DNA of 64,000 bases, taken from Pristiophorus japonicus (taxonomy: Eukaryota). Location: contig NW_027251299.1 in assembly GCF_044704955.1 (NCBI RefSeq), positions 744,001-808,000 of the forward strand. Reading direction: 5' to 3'. The position numbers and the translations under genes are program-made. Under the pieces are notes generated by a model that was not told the DNA's origin, made no database searches, and worked only from the letters and a program-made list of their open reading frames with translations. This document shows positions 36,420 to 48,202 of the stretch, one piece after another; position 1 is the stretch's first letter; each line of letters opens with the position of its first letter.

Positions 36420-37350
36420 GATGATATAAAGATTAGTGGGAAATCGGTTTGTGGAGAGGACACAGAGAGGCTACAAAGAGATTTCGATAAGTTCAGCGAA
36501 TGGGCTAAGGTTTGGCAGATGGAATACAATGTCGGAAAATGTGGGGTCATCCACCTTGGAAAAAAAAACAGTAAAAGGGAATATTATTTGAATGGGAAGA
36601 AATTATAACATGCTGCGGTGCAGAGGGACCTGGGGGTCCTTGTGCATGATTCTCAAAAAGTTAGTTTGCAGGTGCAGCAGGTAATCAGGAAGGCGAATGG
36701 GATGTTGGCCTTCATTGCGAGAGGGATGGAATACAAAAGCAGGGAGGTCCTGCTGCAACTGTACAGGGTATTGGCGAGGCCGCACCAGGAGTACTGCGTA
36801 CAGTTCTGGTCACCTTACTTAAGGTAGGATATACTAGCTTTGGAAGGGGTGCAGAGACGATTCACTCGGCTGATCCCGGAGATGAGGGGGTTACCTTATG
36901 ATGATAGATTGAGTAGACGATGTCTTTACTCGTTGGAGTTCGGAAGGATGAGGGGTGATCTTATGGAAAAATGTAAAATAATGAAAAGGATAGACAAGAT
37001 AGAGGCAGAGATATTGTTTCCACTGGTCGGGGTGACTAGAACTAGGGGGCACAGCCTCAAAATACGGGGGGTGCAATTTAAACGGAGTTGAGAAGGAATT
37101 TCTTCTCCCAGAGGTTTGTGAATCTGTGGAATTCTCTGCCCAAGGAAGCAGTTGAGGCTAGCTCATTGAATGAAATCAAATCACAGATAGATAGATTTTT
37201 AACCATTCAAGGAATTAAGGGTTATGGGGAGAGGACGGGTAAGTGGAGCTCAGTCCACAGTCAGATCAGCCATGATCTTGTTGATTGGTGGAGCAGGCTC
37301 GAGGGGCTAGATGGCGTACTCCTGTTCCTAATTCTTATGTTCTTATGTTC
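36420..37350 (+). mobile_element. CR1 LINE 3' fragment (same subfamily as 40706-43650; uninterrupted at the Tx1 site)
   Basis: QRDLGVLVHDSQKVSLQVQQV and (ttcttatg)n tail. Confidence 0.9.
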
Positions 37351-38419
37351 AACTGTAATTGGAATCAATACTGGAATTCCGGCATTTGAAGGGATCTGGG
37401 AACATAATAGGCCTGTGGGGCTGATTGAATAGCTCGATCACAGAGCCTGGAGCAGCATGATGAATCGAATGGTCTCTTCTGTGCTCTATGATTCCTTGGT
37501 CCTGTGTTAACAGAAGCCATTAACTCTTTGTCTCGTGTGTGGAATCGAGGCTGTGCTCTTTTTGAGCCTATTTCTAATCGTTACTTGTGCTCTGATAAAT
37601 GCAATAGCGGAAAAGCAAGCACAGTTTAAAATAGAGTTTAAAAAAACTGAAATTATGAAATAATTATGAGACCAAAAATAGGGCCATGATGATAAATTCG
37701 CCACCAACAAATCCAATGAGGATTTCAGGAGAAGCCTCTGTGCCCAGAGAGGTGAGAATGGGGAACCCACCACCAGAGGCAGTGGTTGAGGCGATTAGTA
37801 CAGAACCATTTGATGGGAAGCGAGATAAACAAATCAGGCAGAAAACATTAGAAGCTTCTGCTAATAGGATAAGATGCAGAGTTGTGGGGATTGTGTGGGG
37901 GTTGGCTGGTGGTGTGTGTGCTGCATAAACGCCAGCATGGAGCAGTCGGTCCGAATGTCTGCTTTGTGTGCTGTACGTGATATATCATTTGCTTAGCGGA
38001 GCATGAGCCCCGCTCTGATCACATCCCGCACCGGGATTCAATCCACGCATTATAAATCATTGCTCTGATTCCTATTACATTATTTGTATCTATTTCCTCT
38101 AAGTATATCAGGGATAAATGTAACTAAATCACAGATGAAGGTTGCAGCAGAAGAGAAGCTCGGGCAGGAGGGCAGACAGTCAAAGTTATGAAGGTGCAAA
38201 TCACGATGGAGACAGAACATGATGCCACCGATGCTTCAATCGCAACACTCAGCGCTGACGAGTGAAAGAAGTGCCTGAGGAACCCGAAACCCAGCCAGAG
38301 ACAGAAACTACCAGGGTGAACAGAATGAGTTTTGTAATAATACGACTGACCAACAAAAGTGCTGCACCTGTGTTAAATGCTCAGCAATTTGAGGCGTGGA
38401 GAATGACAACCAGTTCAGG

Positions 38420-39290
38420 TTAAATTGTTCCACCGGCAGGTACATGACGGGGTTAGATACACAGTAAATTTCTCTCCACACCGTCCCATCAAACACACCC
38501 AGGGCAGGTACAGGGGGTTAGATACAGAGTAAAGCTCCCTCCACACTGTCCCATCAAACACTCCCAGGGCAGGTACAGGGGGTTAGATACAGAGTAAAGC
38601 TCCCTCTACACTGTCCCATCAAACACTCCCAGGGCAGGTACAGGGGGTTAGATACAGAGTAAAGCTCCCTCTACACTGTTCGATCAAACACTCCCAGGGC
38701 AGGTACAGGGGGTTACATACAGAGTAAATTTCTCTCTACACTGTCCCATCAAACACTCCCAGGGCAGGTACAGGGGGTTAGATACAGAGTAAATTTCTCT
38801 CTACACTGTCCCATCAAACACTCCCAGGGCAGGTACAGGGGGATAGATACAGAGTAAAGCTCCCTCTACACTGTCCCATCAAACACTCCCAGGGCAGGTA
38901 CAGGGGGTTAGATACAGAGTAAAGCTCCCTCTACACTGTCCCATCAAACACTCCCAGGGCAGGTACAGGGGGTTAGATACAGAGTAAAGCTCCCTCTACA
39001 CTGTCCCATCAAACACTCCCAGGGCAGGTACAGCACAGGTTAGATAAAGATTAAAGCTCCCTCTATAATGCCCATCAAATACTTCCAGCATAGGTGCAGC
39101 ACCGGTTGCATTTGGAGTAAACTTCCCTCAACACTGTCCCGATCAAACACTCCCAGGTCAGGTACAGCGGGTTAGATACAGAGTAAACTTCCCTCTACAC
39201 TGTCCCGATCAAACACTCCCAGGTCAGGTACAGCGGGTTAGATACAAAGGTAATCTCCTGCACAATATCCAATCAAACATTCCTAGGAAA
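38420..39290 (-). repeat. 65-bp minisatellite array
   Basis: About 13 tandem units. Confidence 0.95.
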
Positions 39291-39309
39291 GGTGTACAGA
39301 CTGATACAA

Positions 39310-40435
39310 AATATTAGTTCAGTGTTTTTGCAATCTCCATATTCCCCATTACTAATTCACCGGCTTGTCCTCTTAGGCACCAACATTTACTTTAGCCATT
39401 CTTTTCCTTTTCATATACATATTGAAAACTCTTGCTATCTGAGTTTTATATTTCGTGCTAGTTTACTTTCACAGTCTAACTTCCCTTTCTTCATCATTTT
39501 CAGTCGTTCTTTGCTGGCTTTTCAAAGATTCCCAGGCTTCTGTCCTCCCACTAGTTTTGGCCACTTTGTATGCCCCTGTTTTTAACAGGATACCATCCTT
39601 TATTTCTTTTGTTAGCCACGGATCGCTATCCTTTCTCTTAAACCTTTTCATCCTCACTGGAATATATTTTTCTTGGAGTTGTGAAATATCTCCTTAAATA
39701 TAGACCACTGTTCATCAATCGTCCTAGAATTTAACTATATTCCCAGTCCACTTAGCCCAATTTTGTCCTCATATCTTCATAGTCTATTTTATTTAATCTT
39801 AGTACGCTGGCTTGAGATCCAACTTTCTCACCCTCTATCTGAATTAGAATTTCAATCATGTGATGATCACTCATTCCAAGGGGATCCTTTACTAGGAGAT
39901 TGTTTGTTGATCCAGATCTAAGATAACCTGCCCCCTGGTTGGTTCCGTTCTATACTGCTCAAGGAACCCTTCCCATATACACTCTGTGAACTCCTCCTCA
40001 AGGCAACCTGATCAATTTCATTTGTCCAAAGAATATGGAGGTTAAAATCACCCATGATTATTGTTGTTCCCATTTTACAAGCCCCCACTATTTCCTGCTT
40101 TATGTTCCGACCAACAGAGTTGCTACTGTTGTGGGGCCTATAGACTATGCCCACCTGTGACTTTTTCCCCTTATTGTTCCTTATCTCCAGCCAAACTCTT
40201 TCAACATCCTGATCGTTTGAGCCAGTATCGTTTCTTACTATTGCAGTGATTCCATCCTTTATCAATAGAGCTACCCCACCTCCGTTTCCTTTCTGTCTGT
40301 CCTTCAGGATTGTCAAGTACCCGTGAATATTTAATTCCCAGTCCTGGTCGCCTTGCAACCACTTCTCTGTAATGGCTATCAGATCATACCCATTTTCATC
40401 TATTTTTGCAGTCAACTCATCTATTTTATTACAAA
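39310..40435 (-). mobile_element. CR1 LINE endonuclease-region fragment
   Basis: IAITEKWL, GGGVALL, VYRPHNS, IMGDFN. Confidence 0.9.
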
Positions 40436-40705
40436 TGCTTTACAAATGTTGTATTCCGCCCAGCAACAAACCCAGGACGCGAAGGTTGGAAAATACCCAG
40501 ACTTACAGCGATGCCGGGAGATCCACAGGCGACAATTCCAGCAAGAATATCGGGAACATCCTCATATCTCCCACAATTGTGTCCTGGTCACACCGGGTCT
40601 GAGCAACGCTCCCAACAATAAGGTCCTGATCATCCCGGGTCTGACCGGGCCTCCTCACAATCAGGTCCTGATCATCCCGGGTCTGAGCAACCCTCCGCAC
40701 AATAT

Positions 40706-43650
40706 AAATGCGTATAAGGTGGCCAAGGTTAGTGGGAAACTAGAGAATTGGGAAAATTTTAAGCAAAAGCAAAGAATGACTAAAAAAGTAATAAAGAAAC
40801 GGAAGATATATTATGAAGGGAAACTTGCGCAAAACATAAAAACAGATAGTAAAAGCTTTTACAGATATGTAAAACTGAAAAGAGTGACTAAAGTAAATGT
40901 TGGTCCCTTAGAAGATGAAAAGCGGGATTTAATAATGGGAAATGTGGAAATGCCTGAGATCTTAAACAATTATTTTGCTTCCGTCTTCACAGTGGAAGAC
41001 ACAAAAACCATGCCAAAAATTGCTGGTCATAGGAATTTGGGAAGGGAGGACCTTGAGATGATCACTATCACGAGGGAGGTAGTGCTGGGCAGACTAATGG
41101 GACTCAAGGTAGACAAGTCCCCTAGTCCTGATGAAATGCATCCCAGGGTATTAAAAGTGATGGTGGAAGATATAGCAGATGCATTTGTTATAATCCACCA
41201 AAATTCTCTGGACTCTGGGGAGGTACCAGCAGATTGGAGAGCAGCTAATGTAACGCCTCTGTTTAAAAAAGGGGGCAGGCAAAAGGCAGGTAACTATAGG
41301 CCGGTTAGTTTAACATCTGTAGTGGGGAAAATGCTTGAAACTATCATTAAGGAAGAAATAGCGGGACATCTGGATAGGAATAGTGCAATCAAGCAGACGC
41401 AGCATGGATTCATGAAGGGGAAATCATGTTTAACTAACTTACTGGAATTCTTTGAGGATATAACGAGCATGGTGGATAGAGGTGTACCGATGGATGTGGT
41501 GTATTTGGATTTCCAAAAGGCATTCGATAAGGTGCCACACAAAAGGTTACTGCAGAAGATAAAGGTACGTGGAGTCAGAGGAAATGTATTAGCATGGATA
41601 GAGAATTGGCTGGTGAACAGAAAGCAGAGAGTCGGGATAAATGGGTCCTTTTCCGGTTGGAAAACAGTGGTTAGTGGTGTGCCACAGGGATCAGTACTGG
41701 GACCACAACTGTTTACAATATACGTAGATGACCTAGAAGAGGGGGCAGAGTGTAGTGCAACAAAATTTTCAAATGACACTAAGCTTAGTGGGAAAGCGGG
41801 TTGTGTAGAGGACTCAGAGAGGCTTCAAGGAGATTTGGATAGGTTAAGCGAATGGGCTAAGGTTTCGCAGATGGAATACAATGTCGGAAAGTATGAGGTC
41901 ATCCACCTTGGGAAAAAAAACAGTAAAAGGGAATATTATTTGAATGGGGAGAAATTACAACATGCTGCGGTGCAGAGGGACCTGGGGATCCTTGTGCATG
42001 AAACTCTTTTTGGAGTTTACCTGCAAAACAAAAACATTAATCGGTGCCACCTGCCCTGGATGACACACCAGACATTTACAAGGCCCTCTTTTTTTTTTCC
42101 TTTTTTTTTTTTTTATTTTGTGCACTACAATAAAATTTTCCTTTTTCCAGTGCCCCCTATCAAAGGGGAGGGGGACACTAAAAGCACCGGCAATTAAAAC
42201 AAATTAAACTTTAAAACGGAAAATCAAATTAAAATTTGGTTGCCGGGCGTGATGATGCACTCCAGTCCCTCAGGCGCCCACCTCTCGCGGAAGGCCGCGA
42301 GCGTACCGGTGGACACCGCGTGCTCCATCTCCAAGGACACCCTGGACTGGATGTAAGAGCGGAAGAGAGGCAGGCAGTCAGGTTGAACGACCCCCTCGAC
42401 CGCCCGCTGCCTGGACCGGCTGATGGCTCCCTTGGCCGTGCCCAGGAGCAGTCCTACGAGGAGGCCCTCGGACCTACCCGCCCCCCTCCGCACAGGGTGC
42501 CCAAAGATCAGGAGAGTGGGACTGAAGTGCAGCCAGAATTTCAGGAGCAGCCCCTTCAAATAATGGAACAGGGGCTGCAACCTTGTGCATTCAATAAAAA
42601 CATGGAACACGGTCTCCTCCAGACCGCAGAAATTGCAGGCGGCCTGGGAGTCCGTGAACCGGCTTAAAAATTTGTTGCACGGCACTGCTCCGTGCACCAC
42701 CCTCCAGGCCAAGTCCCCGATGAATAGTGGGAGGACCCCTGCGTAGAGTGCCCTCCATCGGGGACCCCCGCCTCCTTCGGACGGCAAGATGGTACGCCAT
42801 GGCGTGTCCGGACGGCCGGCGAGGATGGCAAAGTTGAGAGTGTGCAGGAGCAGCCCGTACAAGAAACCCCTTCGCGCGGAACTGAAAGGCACGGAGGGGA
42901 TTTCCCCGAGGCAGCTCAAGTTGTGAGGCGCCGGCCCCCGTCCCAAAAGGTTAGTTTGCAGGTGCAGCAGGTAATCAGGAAGGCAAATGGAATGTTGGCC
43001 TTCATTGCGAAAGGGATAGAGTACAAAAGCAGGGAGGTCCTGCTGCAACTGTATAAGGTATTGGTAAGGCCGCACCTGGAGCACTGCGTGCAGTTTTGGT
43101 CACCTTACTTAAGGAAGGATATACTAGCTTTGGAAGGGGTACAGAGACGATTCACTCGGCTGATTCGAGAAAAGAGGGGGTTACCTTATGATGATAGATT
43201 GAGTAGACTGAGTCTTTACTCCTTGGAGTTCAGAAGGATGAGGGGGGATCTTATAGACATATTTAAAATCAGGAAATGGATAGACAAGATAGAGACAGAG
43301 AGGTTGTTTCCATTGTTGGTGGAGACTAGAACTCGGGGGCACAGCCTCAAAATACGGAGGAGCTAATTTAAAACCGAGTTGAGAAGGAATTTCTTCTCCA
43401 AGAGGATTGTGAATCTGTGGAATTCTCTGCCCATGGAAGCAGTTGAGGCTGGCTCATTGAATGTTTCCAAGTCAAAGAGAGATAGATTTTTAACCAATAA
43501 GGGAATTAAGGGTTACGGGGCGAGGGCAGATAATTGGAGCTGAGTCCACGACTAGATCAGCCATGATCTTATTGAATGGCGGAGCAGGCTCGAGGGGCTC
43601 GATGGCCTAATCCTGTTCCTAATTCTTATGTTCTTATGTTCTTATGTTCT
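40706..43650 (+). mobile_element. CR1 LINE (ORF2 RT to 3' tail) interrupted by a Tx1 at 42003-42940
   Basis: Long open RT frame (NYRPVSLTS, YLDFQKAFDKV, GVPQGSVLGP) resuming after 42940; (ttcttatg)n tail. Confidence 0.95.
42003..42940 (-). mobile_element. 5'-truncated Tx1-clade LINE
   Basis: Open ORF2 C-terminus with DLAWRVVHGAV and a CCHC knuckle (CNFC-x7-H-x4-C); stop at 42224; 3' UTR to 42003. Confidence 0.88.
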
Positions 43651-44249
43651 TAAGTGTTTTATTAATAATTAAATTGATGGTAAATTGAATTGTGCCAAGA
43701 GATTAAGTTGATGGAGATTGGGTTGTGTTTATATGCAGTCCCTCTTATGATGGTGTTGGTTTCGGCAGGGTTATTATTTTTTGTGTGGGGGTCGGTTTGT
43801 GTTTGTCGTTTAAAATTGGTTTTTATGTGGGTTGTTAGTTCCTTACTATTTATCCAATTGGTGTCTGTAAGTTAGGGAACGTATTAATTGTAAGTAAGTC
43901 AATAGTATGTTTTGGATTTATTAATAATATTATTCCCGGTGTTCTAAGTTATGGATGTTAATTGGGGAGTTATTGTTATTGTTTAAGCCGTTGAAGGATC
44001 CTGTGGAATCTGCCTGTTGGAGACGGAGGCTGTTGCTGCTGTTTGGCTGAATGTTGATTGGTCACAGCGTGGAGCCGTGTGTTCCTGAGTCTGTGTCTTC
44101 CCATTTTATTCATTTAAACATTTGTGGATTAAGTTTCAGTTACATGGGGGCGGGAGGGTGGAGGTGGGAATTGATGGGCTTGCTAATTTTTTAGGTTGTG
44201 GAGAGTGGGTCCGTTGATTATTTGTCTGGGTTGGAGAGAGCGGTGGCTG

Positions 44250-44950
44250 AGTGAAAGAGTGTTCGAAAATCAGTTCCTCAAATTTGCCAGCAAGCTCATG
44301 GTCTACAGGGCTGCAGTGATACCCGCCCTCCAGTATATCTCAGAGACATGGACCATGTACAGTAGGCACCTCAAATCGCTGGCGAAATACTACCAATGAT
44401 GACTCCGCAAGATCCTACAAATCCCCTGGGAGTCAGATGCACCGACATCAGTGTCCTCGACCAGGCCAACATCCCCAGCACTGAAGCACCGACCACACTT
44501 GATCAGCTCCGCTGGGTAGGCCACATTGTCCGCACGTCAGACACAAGACTCCCAAAGCAAGCGCTCTACTCAGCACTCCTTCCCGGCAAACGAGCCAAAG
44601 ATGGGCAGAGTAAACGTTACAGGGACACCCTCAAAGCCTCCCTGATAAAATGCAACATCCCCACTGACACCTGGGAGTCCCTGGCCAAAGTCCGCGCTAA
44701 GTGGAAGTGCATCCTGGAGGGTGCTGAGCACCTCTAGACTCATCACAGAGAGCATGCAGTAATCATGTGCAGGCAGTGGAAGGAGCATGCAGCAAACCAG
44801 ACTCCCCACCCCTTCCCTCAACCACTGTCTGTCCCACCGGTGACAGAGACTGTAATTCTCGTATTGGACTGTACAGTCACCTGAGAACTCATTTTTAGAG
44901 TGGAAGCAAGTCTTCCTCGATTCCGAGGGACTGTCTATGACGATGATGAC
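44250..44950 (+). mobile_element. RTE-clade LINE 3' fragment
   Basis: QLRWVGHIVR..RLPKQALYS and (gat)n tail. Confidence 0.88.
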
Positions 44951-45049
44951 CTCCGTTTGTTGGGGCCTTTTGTTTTGCTGGGAACGACGATTTTATTTTT
45001 TTGAAAACGAAATGTATTTTTGATTTTGTGCAAATGGACCTTGCTGTGG

Positions 45050-46280
45050 GATTTCGGATAGGTTGTGTGCGGGAAGGAGGGCTCTGGGATAGCTTGTGTA
45101 TGGGGGGTCTCGCTTAGGTTTTGTGGGGGGTCTCGGCTAGGTTGTGTGTGTGAGTGGGTCTCGGTTAAATTGTGTGTGTGGGGTGTCTCGGTTAGGTTGT
45201 GTGTGTGAGTGGGTCTCGGTTAAATTGTGTGTGTGGGGTGTCTCGGTTAGGTTGTGTGTGTGAGTGGGTCTCGGTTAGGTTGTATGTGTGGGGAGGGTCT
45301 CGGTTAGGTTGTGTGTGTGGGGAGGGTCTCGGTTAAATTGTGTGTGTGGGGTGTCTCGGTTAGGTTGTGTGTGTGAGTGGGTCTCGGTTAAATTGTGTGT
45401 GTGTGGGGGGTTTCGGTTAGGTTGTGTGTGTGGGGAGGTCTCGGTTAAATTGTGTGTGTGGGGTGTCTCGGTTAGGTTGTGTGTGTGAGTGGGTCTCGGT
45501 TAGGTTGTATGTGTGGGGAGGGTCTCGGTTAGGTTGTGTGTGTGGGGAGGGTCTCGGTTAAATTGTGTGTGTGGGGTGTCTCGGTTAGGTTGTGTGTGTG
45601 AGTGGGTCTCGGTTAAATTGTGTGTGTGTGGGGGGTTTCGGTTAGGTTGTGTGTGTGGGGAGGTCTCGGTTAAATTGTGTGTGTGTGGGGTGTCTCGGTT
45701 TGGTTGTGTGTGTGGGGAGGTCTCGGTTAAATTGTGTGTGTGGGGGGGTTATCGGTTAGGTTGTGTGGGGGTGTATCGGTCAGGTTATGTGTGGGGGGGC
45801 TCAGGTTATGTTGTGAAGGTGGGGGGTTATCGGTTAGGTTGTGTGGTGGGGGGAGTCGATTCGGTTGTGTGTGTGGGGGGTAGGGTCTCGGTTAGTTTGT
45901 GTGTGTGTGGGGGGTCTCGGTTAGGTTGTGTGTTTGTGGGGGGTCTCGGTTCGGTTGTGTGTGTGGGGGGGGTTTCGGTTCGGTTGTGTGTGTGGGGGGT
46001 CTCGGTTAGGTTGTGTGTGTGGGGGGGTCTCGGTTAGGTTGTGTGTGTGGGTGGTGGTCTCGGTTAGGTTGTGTGTGTGGGGGGTCTCGGTTAGATTGTG
46101 TGGGGAGGGGGTCTCGGTTATTTTGAGTGTGTGTGGTGGGGGGTCTCGTATAGTTTATGTGTGGGGGTGTGCTCGGTTCGGTTGTGTGTGGGGTCTCTGT
46201 TATGTTGTGTGTTTGTGGGTGGTGTCTCGGTTCGGTTGTGTGTGTGTGGGGTTTTGGTTATGTTGTGTGTGGGGGGTGGG
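45050..46280. repeat. G/T-rich minisatellite, about 27 bp (gggtctcggttaggttgtgtgtgtgg)
   Basis: Tandem units visible. Confidence 0.9.
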
Positions 46281-46779
46281 CTCTTTAATTTTTGTGGCTT
46301 TTATGGATCGAATAGTCGGGTCAATTCGTTGTTGGTTATTTTAGGGCCTAGTGCCGCTTAAAAGCCTCAGGCTGGAATTAAGGTTCGGCCGAGGGTGCAG
46401 TGTTGTTCCCGGCGAAGGGATTTGTCTCCGGATTTTGAAGGTGGTTGATTTTAAATTGCTATTACCTTCTTTCGGGAAGATTGATTGATGTACGTTGATG
46501 TGCTGATTTGTATTTTGAAGATTTTAAATGTTATTAGTTGTTTTTTGTTATTTTTGTATTTATTTTAACAATATCTGTATTTGGGTGAGGATTGTTTTAA
46601 TGATTAATTCGGTTGTAGGATTGGGAAGGTGGGATTATTTTAATTGTTAATAGTCTGAGCGGGTTGATCAGAGTCCATGCCACGTTGGAGGACCACGTGG
46701 GGGGAGGAGGAGGGAGAATTTAGGAACCACTTTTTCCTTTGATTGTTTTAAAATTTATTTTCTGAAATCATGTGTGTGT

Positions 46780-47550
46780 CATCATCACAGGCAGTTCTGG
46801 GAATCGAGGAAGACTTGCTTCCATTCTAAAAGTGAATTCTCAGGTGACTGAACAGTCGAGGATCCGCAAGATCCTGCACATCCCCTGGGAGGACAGTGGC
46901 ACCAACGTTAGCGTCCTCGACCAGACCAACATCCCCAGGGTTGAAGCACTAACCACACTCGATCAGCTCCGCTGGGCAGGCCACAGTGTTGGCCTGCCCG
47001 ACACGAGACTCCCAAAGCAAGCGCTCTACTCTGAACTTCTTCACAGCAAACGAGCCAAAGTTGGGCAGAATAAACGTTGCAAGTACACCCTCAAAGCCTC
47101 CGTGATAAAGTGCAATATCTCCACTGACACCTGGGAGTCCCTGGCCAAAGACCGCCCTAAGGGCAGGAAGTGTATCGGGGAGGGCACTGAGCAGCTCGAG
47201 TCTCGTCGCCGAGAGCATGCTGAAATCAAACGCAGGCAGCGGAAGGAGCGTGCGGCAAACCCGTTCCACCCATCCTTTCCCTCAACCACTGTCTGTTCCA
47301 CCTGTGACAAGGACTGTGGTTCTCGTATTGGACTGTTCAGCCACCTAAGGACTCATTTTACGAATGAATGCAAGTTTTTCTCGATTCCGAGGGACTGCCT
47401 ATGAGGAACAGTCCAATACGAGAATCACAGTCCCTGTCACGGATGGGTCAGACAGTCGGTGATTGTACGGGAGTGTGGGGTTGGTTTGCCGCGTGCTCCT
47501 TCCGCTGCCTGCGCTAGATTTCTGCATGCTCTCGGCGACGAGACTCGAGG
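46780..47550. mobile_element. RTE copy (+, 46858-47405) nested antisense in another RTE (-) with an 8-bp TSD
   Basis: GAACAGTC at 46850-46857 and 47406-47413. Confidence 0.85.
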
Positions 47551-47719
47551 TGACCCTCGAGGTGTGCGTGTACGTAGTGGTTCGATGGCAATAGTTTTCT
47601 GTTGGGCAGCGGGGGACGGGGAGCAGAGAAATATCAGTCCCGCACCAAACGCGTATCCTACTAGTTCTAAATAGCAGTACAATTAGAGCTGGTATGCAGA
47701 ACATCTTTTGTTAAGAAGG

Positions 47720-47960
47720 GAAATAAGAACATAAGAATTAGGAACAGGAGTAGGCCATCTAGCCCCTCGAGCCTGCTCCGCCATTCAATAAGATCATGGC
47801 TGATCTGGCCGTGGACTCAGCTCCAATTACCCGCCCTCTCCCCATAATCTTTAATTTCCTAATTGGTTAAAAATCTATCTATCTGTGACTTGAATACATT
47901 CAATAAACTAGCCTCTACTGCTTCCTTGGGCAGAGAATTCCACAGATTCAGAACCAGTGG
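47720..47960 (-). mobile_element. CR1 3' end fragment
   Basis: NLWNSLPKEAVEA and tail. Confidence 0.85.
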
Positions 47961-48162
47961 GATAAAAAATTCCTTCTCAAATGAGAGAGAGGCTTTTTTT
48001 TCAAGAAAAAGACTGACACGGTGGGTTGGAAGTGTGGAGAGAGTGAGGGAGAAATTTCCCAAGGGTTGGGGGAGAAAAGTAAGTTGGGGTTTTTGGTGGG
48101 GATGGGGTCAGGTTTACCCTCACTTCATGATCCATCGTCTTGATGGCTAATTATAGTCGAGA

Positions 48163-48202
48163 GGCCAAACGTTTCGCCCTTACTGGGGCTTCATCACAGA
48201 CC
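48163..48202 (-). ncRNA. Degenerate minimal type I hammerhead-ribozyme-like motif
   Basis: Minus strand GGUCU-GUGAUGA-A-GCCC-CAGUAA-GGGC-GAAA-CGUU-UGGCC; C3 is mutated to G. Confidence 0.45.

Noticed and set aside
39310-42002. Large twin-primed inversion of one CR1
   Set aside because: The geometry fits, but the overlapping regions differ strongly (AYKVAKTSGRTEAW versus AYKVAKVSGKLENW) and 270 bp of foreign sequence intervenes, so these are two insertions
40353-42197. 614-aa ORF as a host gene
   Set aside because: Chance chimera of antisense CR1, a 42-bp repeat insert, CR1 RT and antisense Tx1 3' UTR
43650-44230. Mitochondrial insertion suggested by strand skew
   Set aside because: No recognisable mitochondrial protein, tRNA or rRNA sequence
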